Below are positions 51,173 to 63,166 of a stretch of 64,000 bases of DNA, piece by piece. Each line of letters begins with the position of its first letter. Position 1 is the stretch's first letter. The translations under genes were made by a program, and so were the position numbers. Source of the stretch: Octopus vulgaris. Lineage: Eukaryota. The notes below the pieces were generated by a model. The model ran no database searches. It was not told where the DNA came from and saw only the letters and a list, made by a program, of their open reading frames with translations. The stretch lies in NCBI GenBank assembly GCA_951406725.2, contig OX597833.1, forward strand, positions 22,010,001-22,074,000, read 5' to 3'.

Positions 51173-53096
51173 ATAAATATATATATATATATATATAGAC
51201 ATATATGCTATATAGTCATACAGACATACAAGGGTGGCAAGCCAGCTCAATCATTAGCACATTGGGAAAAATGCTTAGAGACATTTCATTTGTCTTTACA
51301 TTCTGAGTTCAAATGCTGCCAAGATTGACTTTGCCCTTCAAACTTTCAGGATTGATAAAAAAGTAGCAAGCTGACTTTATCCCTTCCCTGAACTTGCCGG
51401 TCTAGTGTCAAGATTTGATATCCATCCATCCATCCATCCGTCCGTCCGTCCATCCGTCCATCCATCCATCCATCCATACATACATACATACATACATACA
51501 CAAGACTTTTCTCAAGTTCCAGATGTGAATTTGCCTATGTTAGCTACATCCCCAAGACAGAGCCTTGTATCTTTATTGGAAACCAGTTCCCTCCTCAGTG
51601 GAAGATTTATAATAATTAAAAAATAGAAAAGGTATGCATACATAAGCACACAAACAATATATTCATACCTGCATAGAAATAAAATGATGAAGACAGAGAG
51701 CATTTTACAAAGCATAGAGGGAAGAGTTAAGTAACCTTCATATATTTCAGGCAGTTATGGCGATTGGCCTAGTGGTTCGGGTGTTGCACTCACGATTGCA
51801 AGATTGTGGTTTCAATTCCTGGACTGGTTGGTGTGTTGTGTTTTTGAGCAAAACACTTCATCTCATGTTGATCTGTGATCACTTCGACACCTGAAGTGTG
51901 ACATAGCATGCACCTTTTCAAGCAACATTGATTTGATGGCTGGAGGGAGTGAACTAAAGTTTAGCACATACATCTAATTACTGTAACGAAATCATTTGTG
52001 GAAGTTTGGACAGCAAGAACTTGCAGACCCATCTTTCTCAGACTATGAGAGACTACCATCATATATTTCAGGCACAAAAGTCCATCATCAGAAGTGAATG
52101 GATTAAAGAAATGTAAGTTTACATAAATATGGCCCCGTTGGGCATTGTATGGTAGTGACTCCAATTTGTCCCTTTAGGGGTCGTGGTGGCAATGGGTGAA
52201 TGCAACAGCTGCAATGGTGCTACCAGTGCTTATAAAGGTCATTGATATAGTTATTTCTACTTAAATATAAATACACACGTCCAAACATACATGCAATAGT
52301 CATACAAAATTAACACATGGTTACAGTTATATGAACAGGTATGGCTGGGTGGTTAAGACATTTACTGTGCAAGCCATGGTTCTTGGTTCAATCCTACTGT
52401 GAGGCACCTCTTGGACAAGTGTCCTCTTCTGTAGCCTCAGGCTAACCGAAGCATTGTGAGTGGATTTGGTGGACAGAAACTGAAAGCAGCCAGTAGTATG
52501 TGTGCATGTGTGTGTGTACGTATGTATGTGCATGCATATGTGTATGTGCACATGTGTGTGTGCATATGTGTGTGTCTGTACGTTAGTCTCTTTCTTTGTT
52601 TTGATAATATATGTTGGTTGTATGTGAGCTTTACTGTCATACAAGTGATGTTGTTTGTTTCCAGTTTCCTGAGTAAAGCTTATTTAGCCATTGGGAAATA
52701 TTATCTTGCTTTGAAACAGGTGAGAGTTGATGGCAGGAAGAATGTCTGGCTGTAGAAAATCTGCTTCATCAAATTTTGCAAGCATGATGATGAAAGATGA
52801 TGATGATGATGAAGAGGGTAATTTTTATGTGTGTGTGTGTGTGTATGTGAGAGAGAGAGAGAAAAGGTTGAGTTCTATTTCATCTTTTACTTTGTTGGGG
52901 TTCCAAAGGTTGATTTCTAAAAAAATTCTTCATATTTCAATGGTAGCATACTGTTGTAAGAATTGTGAATATGAAAATGCTACGAGTATAAGGTGTGTTA
53001 TGAGAATTTATAGAACAAACATCCTATAGAAAACTCAACAAACAATTAAAGATAGAGAAGAGAAGGTGTTAAAAGTTTGAAAAGAATTTAATCCAT

Positions 53097-53207
53097 GCAT
53101 ACGATCGTTTGGAACAGCAATATTAACATGTAAATAACATGGTAGAAAAATTAGAAATCAGTTTAATTATAATTAAATTAATTACATATTACTGTCCTCC
53201 TCAGTGC
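53097..53207 (-). ncRNA. Hammerhead motif, left arm, with GAAA>CAAA (G12) lesion
   Basis: Minus strand reads gca-CTGAGGA-ggacagtaatat...atattgctgttc-CAAA-cgatcg-TA-tgc. Confidence 0.65.
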
Positions 53208-53974
53208 GAAAAAAGAATACATCAAAAAATAATATTATTATTGTCACAGAAGACCTGACAGAGTAAGTGTCACAAAAACACTTCATTATCATCGAACAGT
53301 TTTTTTCAATATTCTTAGCCACAGCAAGTAATTTCTTTCTGAATTCTGTAATATTAACAACAATTCTTTTATATTTATTTCTTTATCTTATTTCACACAA
53401 ATGAATATATGCTTTTTCACAAAAGTTTTTTTTCCCAATATATTAAGCTATTAATTACTCCCTCACAACTCCATATACTTTTCGTTTATAATTCAAGTAG
53501 CTTAAATAAAACTATTTTAACTATTTCCTATATTTTAATCTCGAACAAGAAATTTTTTAAAAATAATTTCTTTAAATATACACCATACTTAATATTTCTT
53601 ATATACCACTTATATAACTGTCAAATCAAATATTAATTTGAATATAGCTATGCTGTCCCATTGGATGCTTATATATATATATATATATTATATTTTTATT
53701 CCCCTTATGATAAATATTTTATATGGAGTGTATATTACTTAATTACTTATTATTATATAGAGGGAATATTTCTTAAACATCTTTCACTTATATTTTAAAA
53801 TAACTGTTTGCCGCATCAGTTTTAGTTCATACACAACTAGACTCAACAACTCTATCTTAGCATGCTCCTATCTTTCATAAGGATAATATATATATCCAAA
53901 TATGTAATGTGACACTCGTTCCATCAAGTCTTCTGTAACAATAATAATATTATTTTTTGATGTATTCTTTTTTC

Positions 53975-54085
53975 GCACTGAGGAGAACAGTAATATGTAA
54001 TTAATTTAATTATAATTAAATTGATTTCTAATTTTTCTACCATGTTATTTACATGTTAATATTGCTGTTCGAAACGATCGTATGC
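53975..54085 (+). ncRNA. Intact type I hammerhead ribozyme with extended stem II
   Basis: gca-CTGAGGA-gaacagtaatat-(~62 nt)-atattgctgttc-GAAA-cgatcg-TA-tgc: 12-bp stem II, palindromic stem III ACGATCGT, GUA triplet. Confidence 0.82.
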
Positions 54086-54226
54086 ATGGATTAAATTCTT
54101 TTCAAACTTTTAACACCTTCTCTTCTCCATCTTTAACAGTTTGTTGAGTTTCTATAGCATGTTTGTTCTATAAATTCTCATAACACACCTTATATATATG
54201 TATACCTCCCATCTCTCATTAACCAA

Positions 54227-54257
<31 letters not shown>

Positions 54258-54642
54258 ATATTTGCTATTAAACAACAACAAATCCCAAACTAAGATGTAC
54301 CCAATTAGAAAACTTATACATATCACAAATAAATTCTTTAATAAACCTTTACTCTACTCCCAGCATTAAAAAAAAAACATCAAAATTTTAGAAAAACAGA
54401 GACTAGAACTATCAATAATGTGCAAAGAAAAATTGTACAAAGACAACAGAGAATGAAGAAAAACACACCACATGAAATAGGGCTTCCCTCTTCAGCTGCT
54501 AATCAGATATTTGTTTTGGTTTTAAAACCTTGGGCAGTACTACTCTATCTGATGGTGTCAGCAGTGCTAAAAATAAATAGTTTTAATGCTGCTCGGGAAT
54601 ACACACAGATACACACACACACATGTATACATAGAAGCACAC

Positions 54643-54696
<54 letters not shown>

Positions 54697-55062
54697 ATCA
54701 GTGTTAAATGCTTTATGCCTAATGTTTTTAAGCCTTATTTATCCACCAAGTTCATTTGGTAACCCAGACTTTGTTGTCACAGTGAGCTGTGTACAACTAC
54801 TTGACGATACATTCCTTAAATGCATAACAAAGAGATGGGAAAAGATAGAAATATTTCAACAGATATTATCAATTGGGATTTAATAAATATTAGAACAGGG
54901 AGGACGGCATTGGGTAACCATGGTGACAAAACAGTGCAAGGCTTCAGTGAAGTTACTCAATGTTTGGTGAAGAAATATGAGCAGAGACGCATTTAATCTA
55001 ATAGAAATATAATTTCTCCTTATCAAACAGGATATTGTTGATTTGGCTCTTATATTTTAGAC

Positions 55063-55098
<36 letters not shown>

Positions 55099-55744
55099 AC
55101 GTGTTTGTGTGTGTGTGTGTGTGCATGTTTATGTGTGCGTGCATGTGCATGTGTGTATCACTGTCAATGTTATTTTACATCCATTTCCCCATAATAGCAT
55201 GGGTTGGGCAGGTTTCACAACATCTTTCCACATGTTGCAGTCCTTCATACACACACGCACACAAGGAGGTGTTGAAAAGATTCTGACTTTGAGTAAAAGA
55301 AAATACAGGAGGATTGGTTAATTATGATTTTATTCACCATACTCCCCTTTCAGATTCAGACACATACTACAGTAGTACTTATTTTCTAAGCCCAACCAGG
55401 CTTTTCACGACACCCTTAAAGCCAAGAATGTTTCAGCACCCACTCACATATATATATATTTAGATACATGTATACATATATACATGTATGAATGTATATA
55501 CATATATATATTTGACTGAGGGCTGGCAAGTCAGAAGGCTGCACCAGGCTCCAATCTGATCTGGCATCTGTCGAAACTTTGCCAGATCAGATTGGAGCCT
55601 AGTGTAGCCGTCTGGCCTGCCAGCCCACGGACAAACCATCCAACCCATGCCAGCATGGAAAGCGAACGTTAAACGATGACGACGATGATGATGATATTTA
55701 GATACATGTATGTATATATGGGTGTATATATATATATATATATA

Positions 55745-56155
55745 TAGGTGCAGGAATGGCTGTGTAGTAAGTAGCTTACTTACCAACCACATGGTTCCGG
55801 GTTCATTTCCACTGCATTGCACCTCGGGTAAGTGTCTTCTAGTATAGCCTAGTGAGTGGATTTGGTAGATGGGAACTGAAGGAAGCCCATTGTATATATG
55901 TATATATATATATACATATATATGTATTATGTATGTATATGTTTGTGTGTCTCTGTTTGTCCCCCGCAACATCGCTTGACAACCAATGGTGGTGTGTTTA
56001 CGTTCCTGTAACTTAGTGGTTTGGTAAAAGAGACTAATAGAATAAGTACCAGGCTTACAACGAATATGTTCAGGGGTCAATTTGCTCGACTAAAGGCAGT
56101 GCTCCAGCATGGCTGCAGTCAAATGACTGAAACAAGTAAAAGAGTAAAAGAATAC
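55745..56155 (+). mobile_element. SINE family A copy
   Basis: Head-to-tail match to the family. Confidence 0.88.
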
Positions 56156-56166
56156 AGACATATATA

Positions 56167-56389
56167 CAGCAATTCCTCACCATATTGCAGTTCACCTATT
56201 GCGGTTTATTATTCAAACTTACGTCAATTCCTCTGTGGTGTAATTTTGCATTTATAATAAAATAAATATATACAAATTATAAAAATAATAAAAAAAAATA
56301 TACAGTATAGTACTGTTTCTACTTCATAGATTTTCACCTATTGCGAGAGGTTTTGGAATGTAACACTCGTGATATTTGAGGGATTACTT
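56167..56389. mobile_element. Pogo/Tigger-like MITE
   Basis: TA|CAGCAATTCCTCACCATATTGC ... GTGATATTTGAGGGATTACT degenerate TIRs. Confidence 0.6.
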
Positions 56390-56505
56390 TATATCTAAGA
56401 TATCCAAATGCATGTATGTATGAATATATATACATATATATATATATATATGTACTCACACATACATACATGTAGATTTATGCATGTATTTTCTCTGTGT
56501 GTGTT

Positions 56506-56544
<39 letters not shown>

Positions 56545-57079
56545 GTGAATGTGTGTCTAACGTAAACTTTCACATGCACGTTAACGCTAAGAAATCCATA
56601 AATCAGAAATCACTGAGTCACTACATCAAGCCACCATACTATCTCTTTCTCTCGCACTCTCTCTCCCTTTCCCTCTCACTCCCTCTCCCTCTCTCTTTCT
56701 CTCTCTCTCTTTCTCTCTCTCCCTTTCCCTCTCATTCCCTCTCTTTCTCTCTCTTTCTTCCCACACAAATACACACAGACACATGCATACATATCTGCCA
56801 TACTTCCAACACACATACACACACACACCACAACCAACTCCTCCGTACAAACCCTTGCCCCAACACCAACCCTCCACAGCACAGTGCACCCATTACCATT
56901 TAAAGCCTTGTCCAACCTATTTATTCTTTCCTTACCATATTTCTGTGAAACATGCTGCCTTTTTTTCAATCAGCTTCAAAAACAATGAGGAATTTAGTAA
57001 AATAACTTTGTGCTTCTTAACCTTCTAGCATTCCCATTACTTTGTCAAATGTAATGCCTATCTATCATTTTTGTTTTAC

Positions 57080-57670
57080 ATGTTTCAGTCCTTAGTCTGC
57101 AGCCATGCTGGGGCCCCAACTTGAATCTGGAACAGTAAGGTCTTCAGGCTAATGCTCTTCTAACTTTATCATTTTTCTTTTCCTTGTTTTGGTCATTAGA
57201 CTGTGGCCATGCTGGGGCACCATGTTGAAAATAAGGCAAATCAGCCACTGGATGCCAAAAGCCAGGATTGAACCTAGGATCTTTAGATCATTGATCTAAC
57301 ACTCTTCCAACTTGATCTTTTTCCTTTTATTTGTTTCAATCATTAGACTGTGGCCATGCTGGGGTACCATGTTGAAAAGAAGGCAAACCAGCCACTGGAT
57401 GCCAAAACCCAGGATTGAACCTGGGACAGTTAGATCATTGGTCTAACAGTCTTCCAACTTTATTCTTTTCCTTTTACATGTTTCAATCATTAGACTGTGG
57501 CCATGCTGGGGCACCATGGTGAAAAGAAGGCAAACCAGCCACTTGATGCCAAAACCTGAGATTGAACCTGGGATCTTTAGATCATCAGTCTAACAGTCTT
57601 CCAACATTATCTTTTTTCTTTTACTTGTTTCAATCATTAGACTGTGTGTGGCCATGCTGGGGCACCACTT
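57080..57670 (-). repeat. 147-bp tandem array: SINE-A 3' tail fused to a 5'-truncated tRNA-Phe pseudogene (four units)
   Basis: tRNA-like segments at 57119-57164, 57253-57312, 57400-57459 and 57547-57605. One unit reads gttggaagactgttagactgatgatctaaagatcccaggttcaatctcaggttttggca versus tRNA-Phe GTTGGGAGAGCGTTAGACTGAAGATCTAAAGGTCCCTGGTTCGATCCCGGGTTTCGGCA. Confidence 0.85.
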
Positions 57671-58005
57671 GAGGAATTTTAGTTGAATAAATCAACCCCA
57701 ATACTTTTTCTCTTTGTAAGCGTGGTACTTATTCTATCAATCTCTTTTGCTAAACTGCTAAGTTACAGAGATATAAATACACCAACACCAGTTATCAAGT
57801 GGTGGACAAACATAGACACAAAGACACATACATGTGTATAAACGGCTGGTTTCTTTTATTTGCCAGCAACTGAATCCACTTACAAGGTTTTGGTAGGCCC
57901 AAGACTATAATAGAAGACACTTGTCCAAGGTGCCACTCAGTAGGACTGAACCTGGAACCATGTGGTTGGGAAGCAAACTTCTTACTGCACAGCCATGCCT
58001 GTACC
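57620..58005 (-). mobile_element. SINE family A copy leading into the tRNA-Phe/SINE array
   Basis: Family match; its tail is the repeated SINE portion of the array. Confidence 0.85.
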
Positions 58006-58354
58006 CATTCAATCACATTTAAAAAGTTAATCGCGTATTAGTTTGTAGCTTCAAGATTTTAAAGAGTTGATTGCTTACTTTCAGAATGACATTGCAGGGT
58101 AGGTGTGAGAAGACAGATCTGACCAATTTAAACATAAAGCAGATAGAATATTTGGGCTGGATATGTCCGTTTTCTGTGCTGGCATAGGCCGGAGGGTTTG
58201 ACAGGAGCTAGTAAGGCCAGGGATGGGGGGGGGGGGGGGGGTCGAGCCAGGCTGCATTGTTTGTTCTGGTTTGGTTTCTATGGCTGGATACTCTTCCTAA
58301 CACCAACCAACTCACAGAGTGTACTGGGTGCTCTTTTGACATGGCACCATCACC

Positions 58355-58394
<40 letters not shown>

Positions 58395-58720
58395 AAGTGT
58401 GACTATTTCTGTCTCCTAGCCTTGGCATCAAGCGATAGGTGTAAATGAGAGCCACAGTCATACAGGCAGTGTCATTCATTTCCAACATAATGCATGAACA
58501 TGTCTGGTCACGGGGAAATATTAATCATCTTGCTTTGAAATGAGTGTTGGCAACAGGAAGGGTATCCAGCTGTCAAAAGTCAACCTCAATGGACTATGTG
58601 TGTCTGACCCATGCAAGCATGGGAAAGTGGACATTAAAACAATGATGATGATGATGGTAATGATGATGATGTACCAAGGTTTCTTGAGAAAAAAAAACAC
58701 GGGTGTAGTTATGTTAATTT

Positions 58721-58808
58721 ATGGTACCAGATTTCGCATGGAGTTATGTAACGGGTGAACTCGACGATATCGGAATGAATGCATGGCTCCATGAGTTCGT
58801 CAACAAAA
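58721..58808 (-). ncRNA. Decayed hammerhead motif with long stem II
   Basis: Minus strand reads TTGACGA-act-catggag...ctccatg-c-GAAA-tctgg-TA-ccat; C3>T change and poor stem I. Confidence 0.45.
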
Positions 58809-59696
58809 CACCTTTGTATCTAAGAAACATTTGGAACCAAAACCAAAAATGAGTAAAAAAAAACAACACTACACATACATATATACATATACACGCACAT
58901 ATATACAAACATACATGCACATATATACAAATATATATATATATGTGCTTGTGTGTGTATGTTATAGTGCAAATATATATATGAGAAGGGAAAATAGCTT
59001 TCCTAGTAGGAGGTAGTAATAAAATCTCAACAAATGAACATTCTCTGAATTAAGAGCATTGTATACAGGAATGTTTATTTAACAAGTTTATCAAGAATAT
59101 ATATCACTGGTGCTTTATTTTTTTTTTTTTGCACTGCCATCACAACCCCTCCTTACTACTACAGACCAACGTACATTTATCATTATTACGCTTCTATAAA
59201 CATGGTGAAACACAGAAAAACCCACATGGGTATGAATATAAACAGAATTCTGATACATTTGTATAATGGTTGTTGTTCTGGTTTAGCCCAAGGCTGACCT
59301 TGATTGAGCAGGCTTATTATGATCAAAGGCATTCCTGCCTGAAACTACTCCATCTTTTTTGGACTGTATTATGTAATACGGTTTTTCTCTGCTGTTCTTT
59401 TATTTATTTTCTTATACTTGTTTCCCTTATTTGACTGCAGTCATTCTGGGGCCCCTACCTTGGAGGGTTTTAGTCAAAGAAATCGACCCCAGGACTTATA
59501 TTTTTTTGTTAAGCAAGGCACTTACTCTATTAGTCAAACTATTAAGTTACAGGGATGTAAACACACCTACACTGGTTGTCAAGTAGTAGTGGGGAACAAA
59601 CACAGGCACAAAGACACACACACATAGATATATACGCACACACACATAGATATATACGCATGCACACACACACATACATGTATGTATGTATATACT

Positions 59697-60005
59697 ATAT
59701 GGTGTGATCAATAAGTATCCAGATTGCTGCTATGGCAACAAAGCTAAAGCATGCAGAGTGAAGCTGCTTGGCACAGATTGATCTTGAACTCTGTTGTGCA
59801 GGTGCACTAAGTCTTACTGTTCTAGCTCACTTCTGCTGTTTACAACAGTGCTTGGAAGGAAGGTGTGTAGCGTGTGATTGCCGTATTAACCATGACAGAG
59901 AAAGTTGTCATAGCGATATCTGCTCAGAAGCTTGTGCAAAGTTGTAGAAAGTGTTTCGAGAGGAGTGTATGAGCTACACAGAAATGTACGAGTGGTTCAG
60001 ACGTT
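59697..60005 (+). mobile_element. Mariner 5' remnant (TIR plus HTH fragment)
   Basis: TATGGTGTGATCAATAAGTATCC TIR-like end; SEACAKL*KVFREECMSYTEMYEWFR resembles the mariner N-terminal HTH. Confidence 0.65.
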
Positions 60006-60697
60006 CTTGTTGTTGTTTAGTCTGAGGCTAAACCTAAGTAGACCTATGGCCAAAGACATTCTAGCCTAAGACCATTCTGTCTTTTAAGAGGTGTCTTGGA
60101 GTACATCACAGTTTCATGTCCATTTTCCTTGCTGTCTGGAGTCAGGTCTCAAGCAGAGTTATTTCCCTTCCAGGGGTGGTTGGCAGTGGTGGTGGTGTGA
60201 CCATGTTTCACACTTGAGCATTAATTTTTCGGCAAGGTTTCTACATCTGTATGCTCTTCCTAACATTAAATACTTTACAAATTACAGGCACAGGTGCAGC
60301 CGTGTGGTTTAAGAAGCTTCCTTTCCAACTATATGGTCTTGGATTAAATTCTGTTGGATAGCACCTTGGTTAAGTGTCTTCTATTATAACCCCAGGCCAA
60401 CAGAAACCTTGTGAGTGGATTTGGTAGATAGAAACTGAAAGAAGCCTGTCAAAATTGTATGTATGTATGAATGTATGTCTATTGATACATATGTATATTT
60501 GATTAATGAGAAAGATGGCAGATGGAAGATATGAGAATGTTTATTGATCATTATAATTGTTTTGACCCATCTTTTGTTTTTCTCATTAATCAAATATCCA
60601 GTGAACTCTATGAAAATGAACATGCTTTACCAGTAAGCTAGCAGGTGTACACCATATGATTTATTATCTAATAATATCTGTGTGTGTATGTGTGTAA

Positions 60698-60754
<57 letters not shown>

Positions 60755-61067
60755 CACATACATGTGTATGTGTATGTGTGTAGCCTTGTCCAGACTTCAG
60801 AAGATGGTTGTAAAAGAGCATCACCATCATACAATTGAGGTTGTTCAAGTCTAGTCTTCTATTGCAAACATGTCTGGCTATGGGGAAATATTACTTCGAT
60901 TGGAAACAGGTGAGGGGAATGGAAACAGAAAGGGTATCAGGCTGTTGAAAAAATCTGCCTCAAACAAATTCCATCTGACCCTTGCAAGAATGGAAAGTGG
61001 CTGTTAAATGATGACAATGACAACAACAATTATGTTTATAATTATAAAATTTTTGTGTGCATACATA

Positions 61068-61475
61068 TCTATATATATAAAACTCAACTTGTGTGTCTGT
61101 GTGTGTATCTGTGTGTGTGTCTGTGTGTTTAACTTCCCAGCACATCTCCTCCTAGCCAACAAATCATAGAACCACCAAGAATGGGTCACTTAAAGTTTAG
61201 GCGAATGAAAATTGAACTGCGCTATTTCTGTTCCGAAATTCATCTCACAAGTGCAAAAATCGATAATATATTTGTTTAGGCCTTATCCCATGCATTGAAT
61301 AGTGAACTTTACTCAGTCAGCTGTTTGACGTGAACTGTGTTCACCACGCGTGCAAGCATGCATAAATTGCATGAAAAATAAAAAAATCAAGATATAGAAA
61401 CGAATCACCGTAAACATTGTAGAAATTCGGCAAAGAAATTAATTTTCGGGATGTAGCCTGGAAGGTTTTTTCGTA

Positions 61476-61523
<48 letters not shown>

Positions 61524-61813
61524 CATGTATACATATATATATATGCGGGTATGATAGAAGAAGGCTAACTCTTCCTTCCGTAGAAGAAAAAATTCAAATC
61601 GAACCATGTTAACACCAAAAATTATTTACGTCAAAAAGGTGTCTTTTTTCTATGAAAATCCCTATTTTTTACGATGTTTTGACTGCTGTGTCACCATTTT
61701 TCAATGTATTTCACTTAAAGAGAATAACAAGCTACATACTGCCAAATTTTTACTTTTCAAAAATTCCAATTCTAAAGGGTCTAAACAAACTGCAACGCTG
61801 GGCGATACTGCTA

Positions 61814-61814
<1 letters not shown>
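61068..61814 (+). mobile_element. Non-autonomous Helitron
   Basis: A|TCTATATATATAAAA 5' end; GCAACGCTGGGCGATACTG-CTAG|T 3' end with a degenerate subterminal hairpin; inserted between A and T with no TSD. Confidence 0.8.
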
Positions 61815-61880
<66 letters not shown>

Positions 61881-61896
61881 CATACATACATACATA

Positions 61897-62983
61897 CAGG
61901 ATGTGGTAAATAAATTGTTGTCTAAATTATGCAAAAATGAAAATAACACTGACACCTTATTTTAACAGATATATTTACCAAAATTACATAAAAATATCTT
62001 GAAATACTAAAGAGTAAATTTATTCAATAAAATTGCCATTGGCTTCAACCACGGCCTCCAGATAACTTTGGAATCACCTGCAACTCTTCTGGGTGGTCTC
62101 CTTGTTTAAGTTGGTGAATGCTGTCATAATCATTGCCTTCAGTTTATCTTTGGTGTTACAAGGAGCTTTGTTGGCCTCTCACTCAACTGTGGCCCACACA
62201 TAATAATCAAGGGGGTTGCAGTTTGGGGAGTTAGGCAGCCAGATGTTGGAGTGATGTGGTTGCAGAAATTGTGTGACAGCCATGACTGGGTTTCCCTGCT
62301 TGTGTGGCATGGTGCAGAGTCCTGTTGCCAGACATAGGGTCTTCCAGCAGCCACCTGCTCAGAGGCCTGTGCAAAGTTGTAGAAAGTGTTTGGAGAGAAA
62401 TGTATAGTTACACAGAAGTGTACGAATGGTTCAGATGTTTGAGCCAGATCATACCTGCACCTGTTCTTATTGTTGTTGTTGTTTAGTCTGAGGCTAAACT
62501 TGATTAAGTAAACCTATGGCCAAAGACATTCTAGCCTATGACCATTCTGCCTTTTAAGAGGTGTCTTGGAGTACATCACAGTTTCATGTCCATTTTCCTT
62601 GCTGTCTGGAGTCAGGTCTCAGTCAGAGCTATTGCCCTTGCAGGGGTGGTTGGCAGTGGTGTAGGCCTCTATATTGAGTCTGAGACCATGTGGGAAGACA
62701 AATGGAGGCATAACGTTGCCATCACTAGTGATTGCTCTACACATCAGATTGACATCCAAACACTCTAAAATGTTCATACTGGAGCTTCTGGAATGAATGC
62801 CAAGCAGTACAAGATGCTGTTTCCAAATTTCTGGCAGAGTGAATTGCATCATGGTGCTGCTTTTCTCACAGACAGTGCCCAACTGACCCTACCATACTCT
62901 GTAGTTGACAAAATGAAAAACAAACAATGCGCATGAGTGAAATTAAAAATATAAAATGGTGGCAGTTTACCCATCACACCCTG
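61897..62983 (-). mobile_element. Decayed Tc1/mariner-superfamily transposon with an internal foreign insert
   Basis: TA|CAGGATGTGGTAAATAAATTG ... CAGTTTACCCATCACACCCTG|TA; translation YVWQQDSAPCHTSRETQSWL, then PNSPNCNPLDYYVW after a frameshift. Confidence 0.85.
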
Positions 62984-63003
62984 TACATATATGTGTGTGT
63001 GTG

Positions 63004-63088
<85 letters not shown>

Positions 63089-63123
63089 ATGTGTGTGTGT
63101 GTGTCTATCTATCTATCTAGCTA

Positions 63124-63166
<43 letters not shown>

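Larger units (their letters stand above)
52987..54194. mobile_element. Inverted-repeat element (arms 52987-53274 and 53908-54194, ~630-bp AT-rich spacer), Penelope-like
   Basis: ~288-bp arms that are highly similar in inverted orientation; each contains an HHR. Confidence 0.88.

Noticed and set aside
57080-57670. CRISPR-like repeat/spacer array
   Set aside because: The intervening segments are homologous to each other (tRNA-Phe-like) rather than unique spacers; eukaryotic context and no cas genes.
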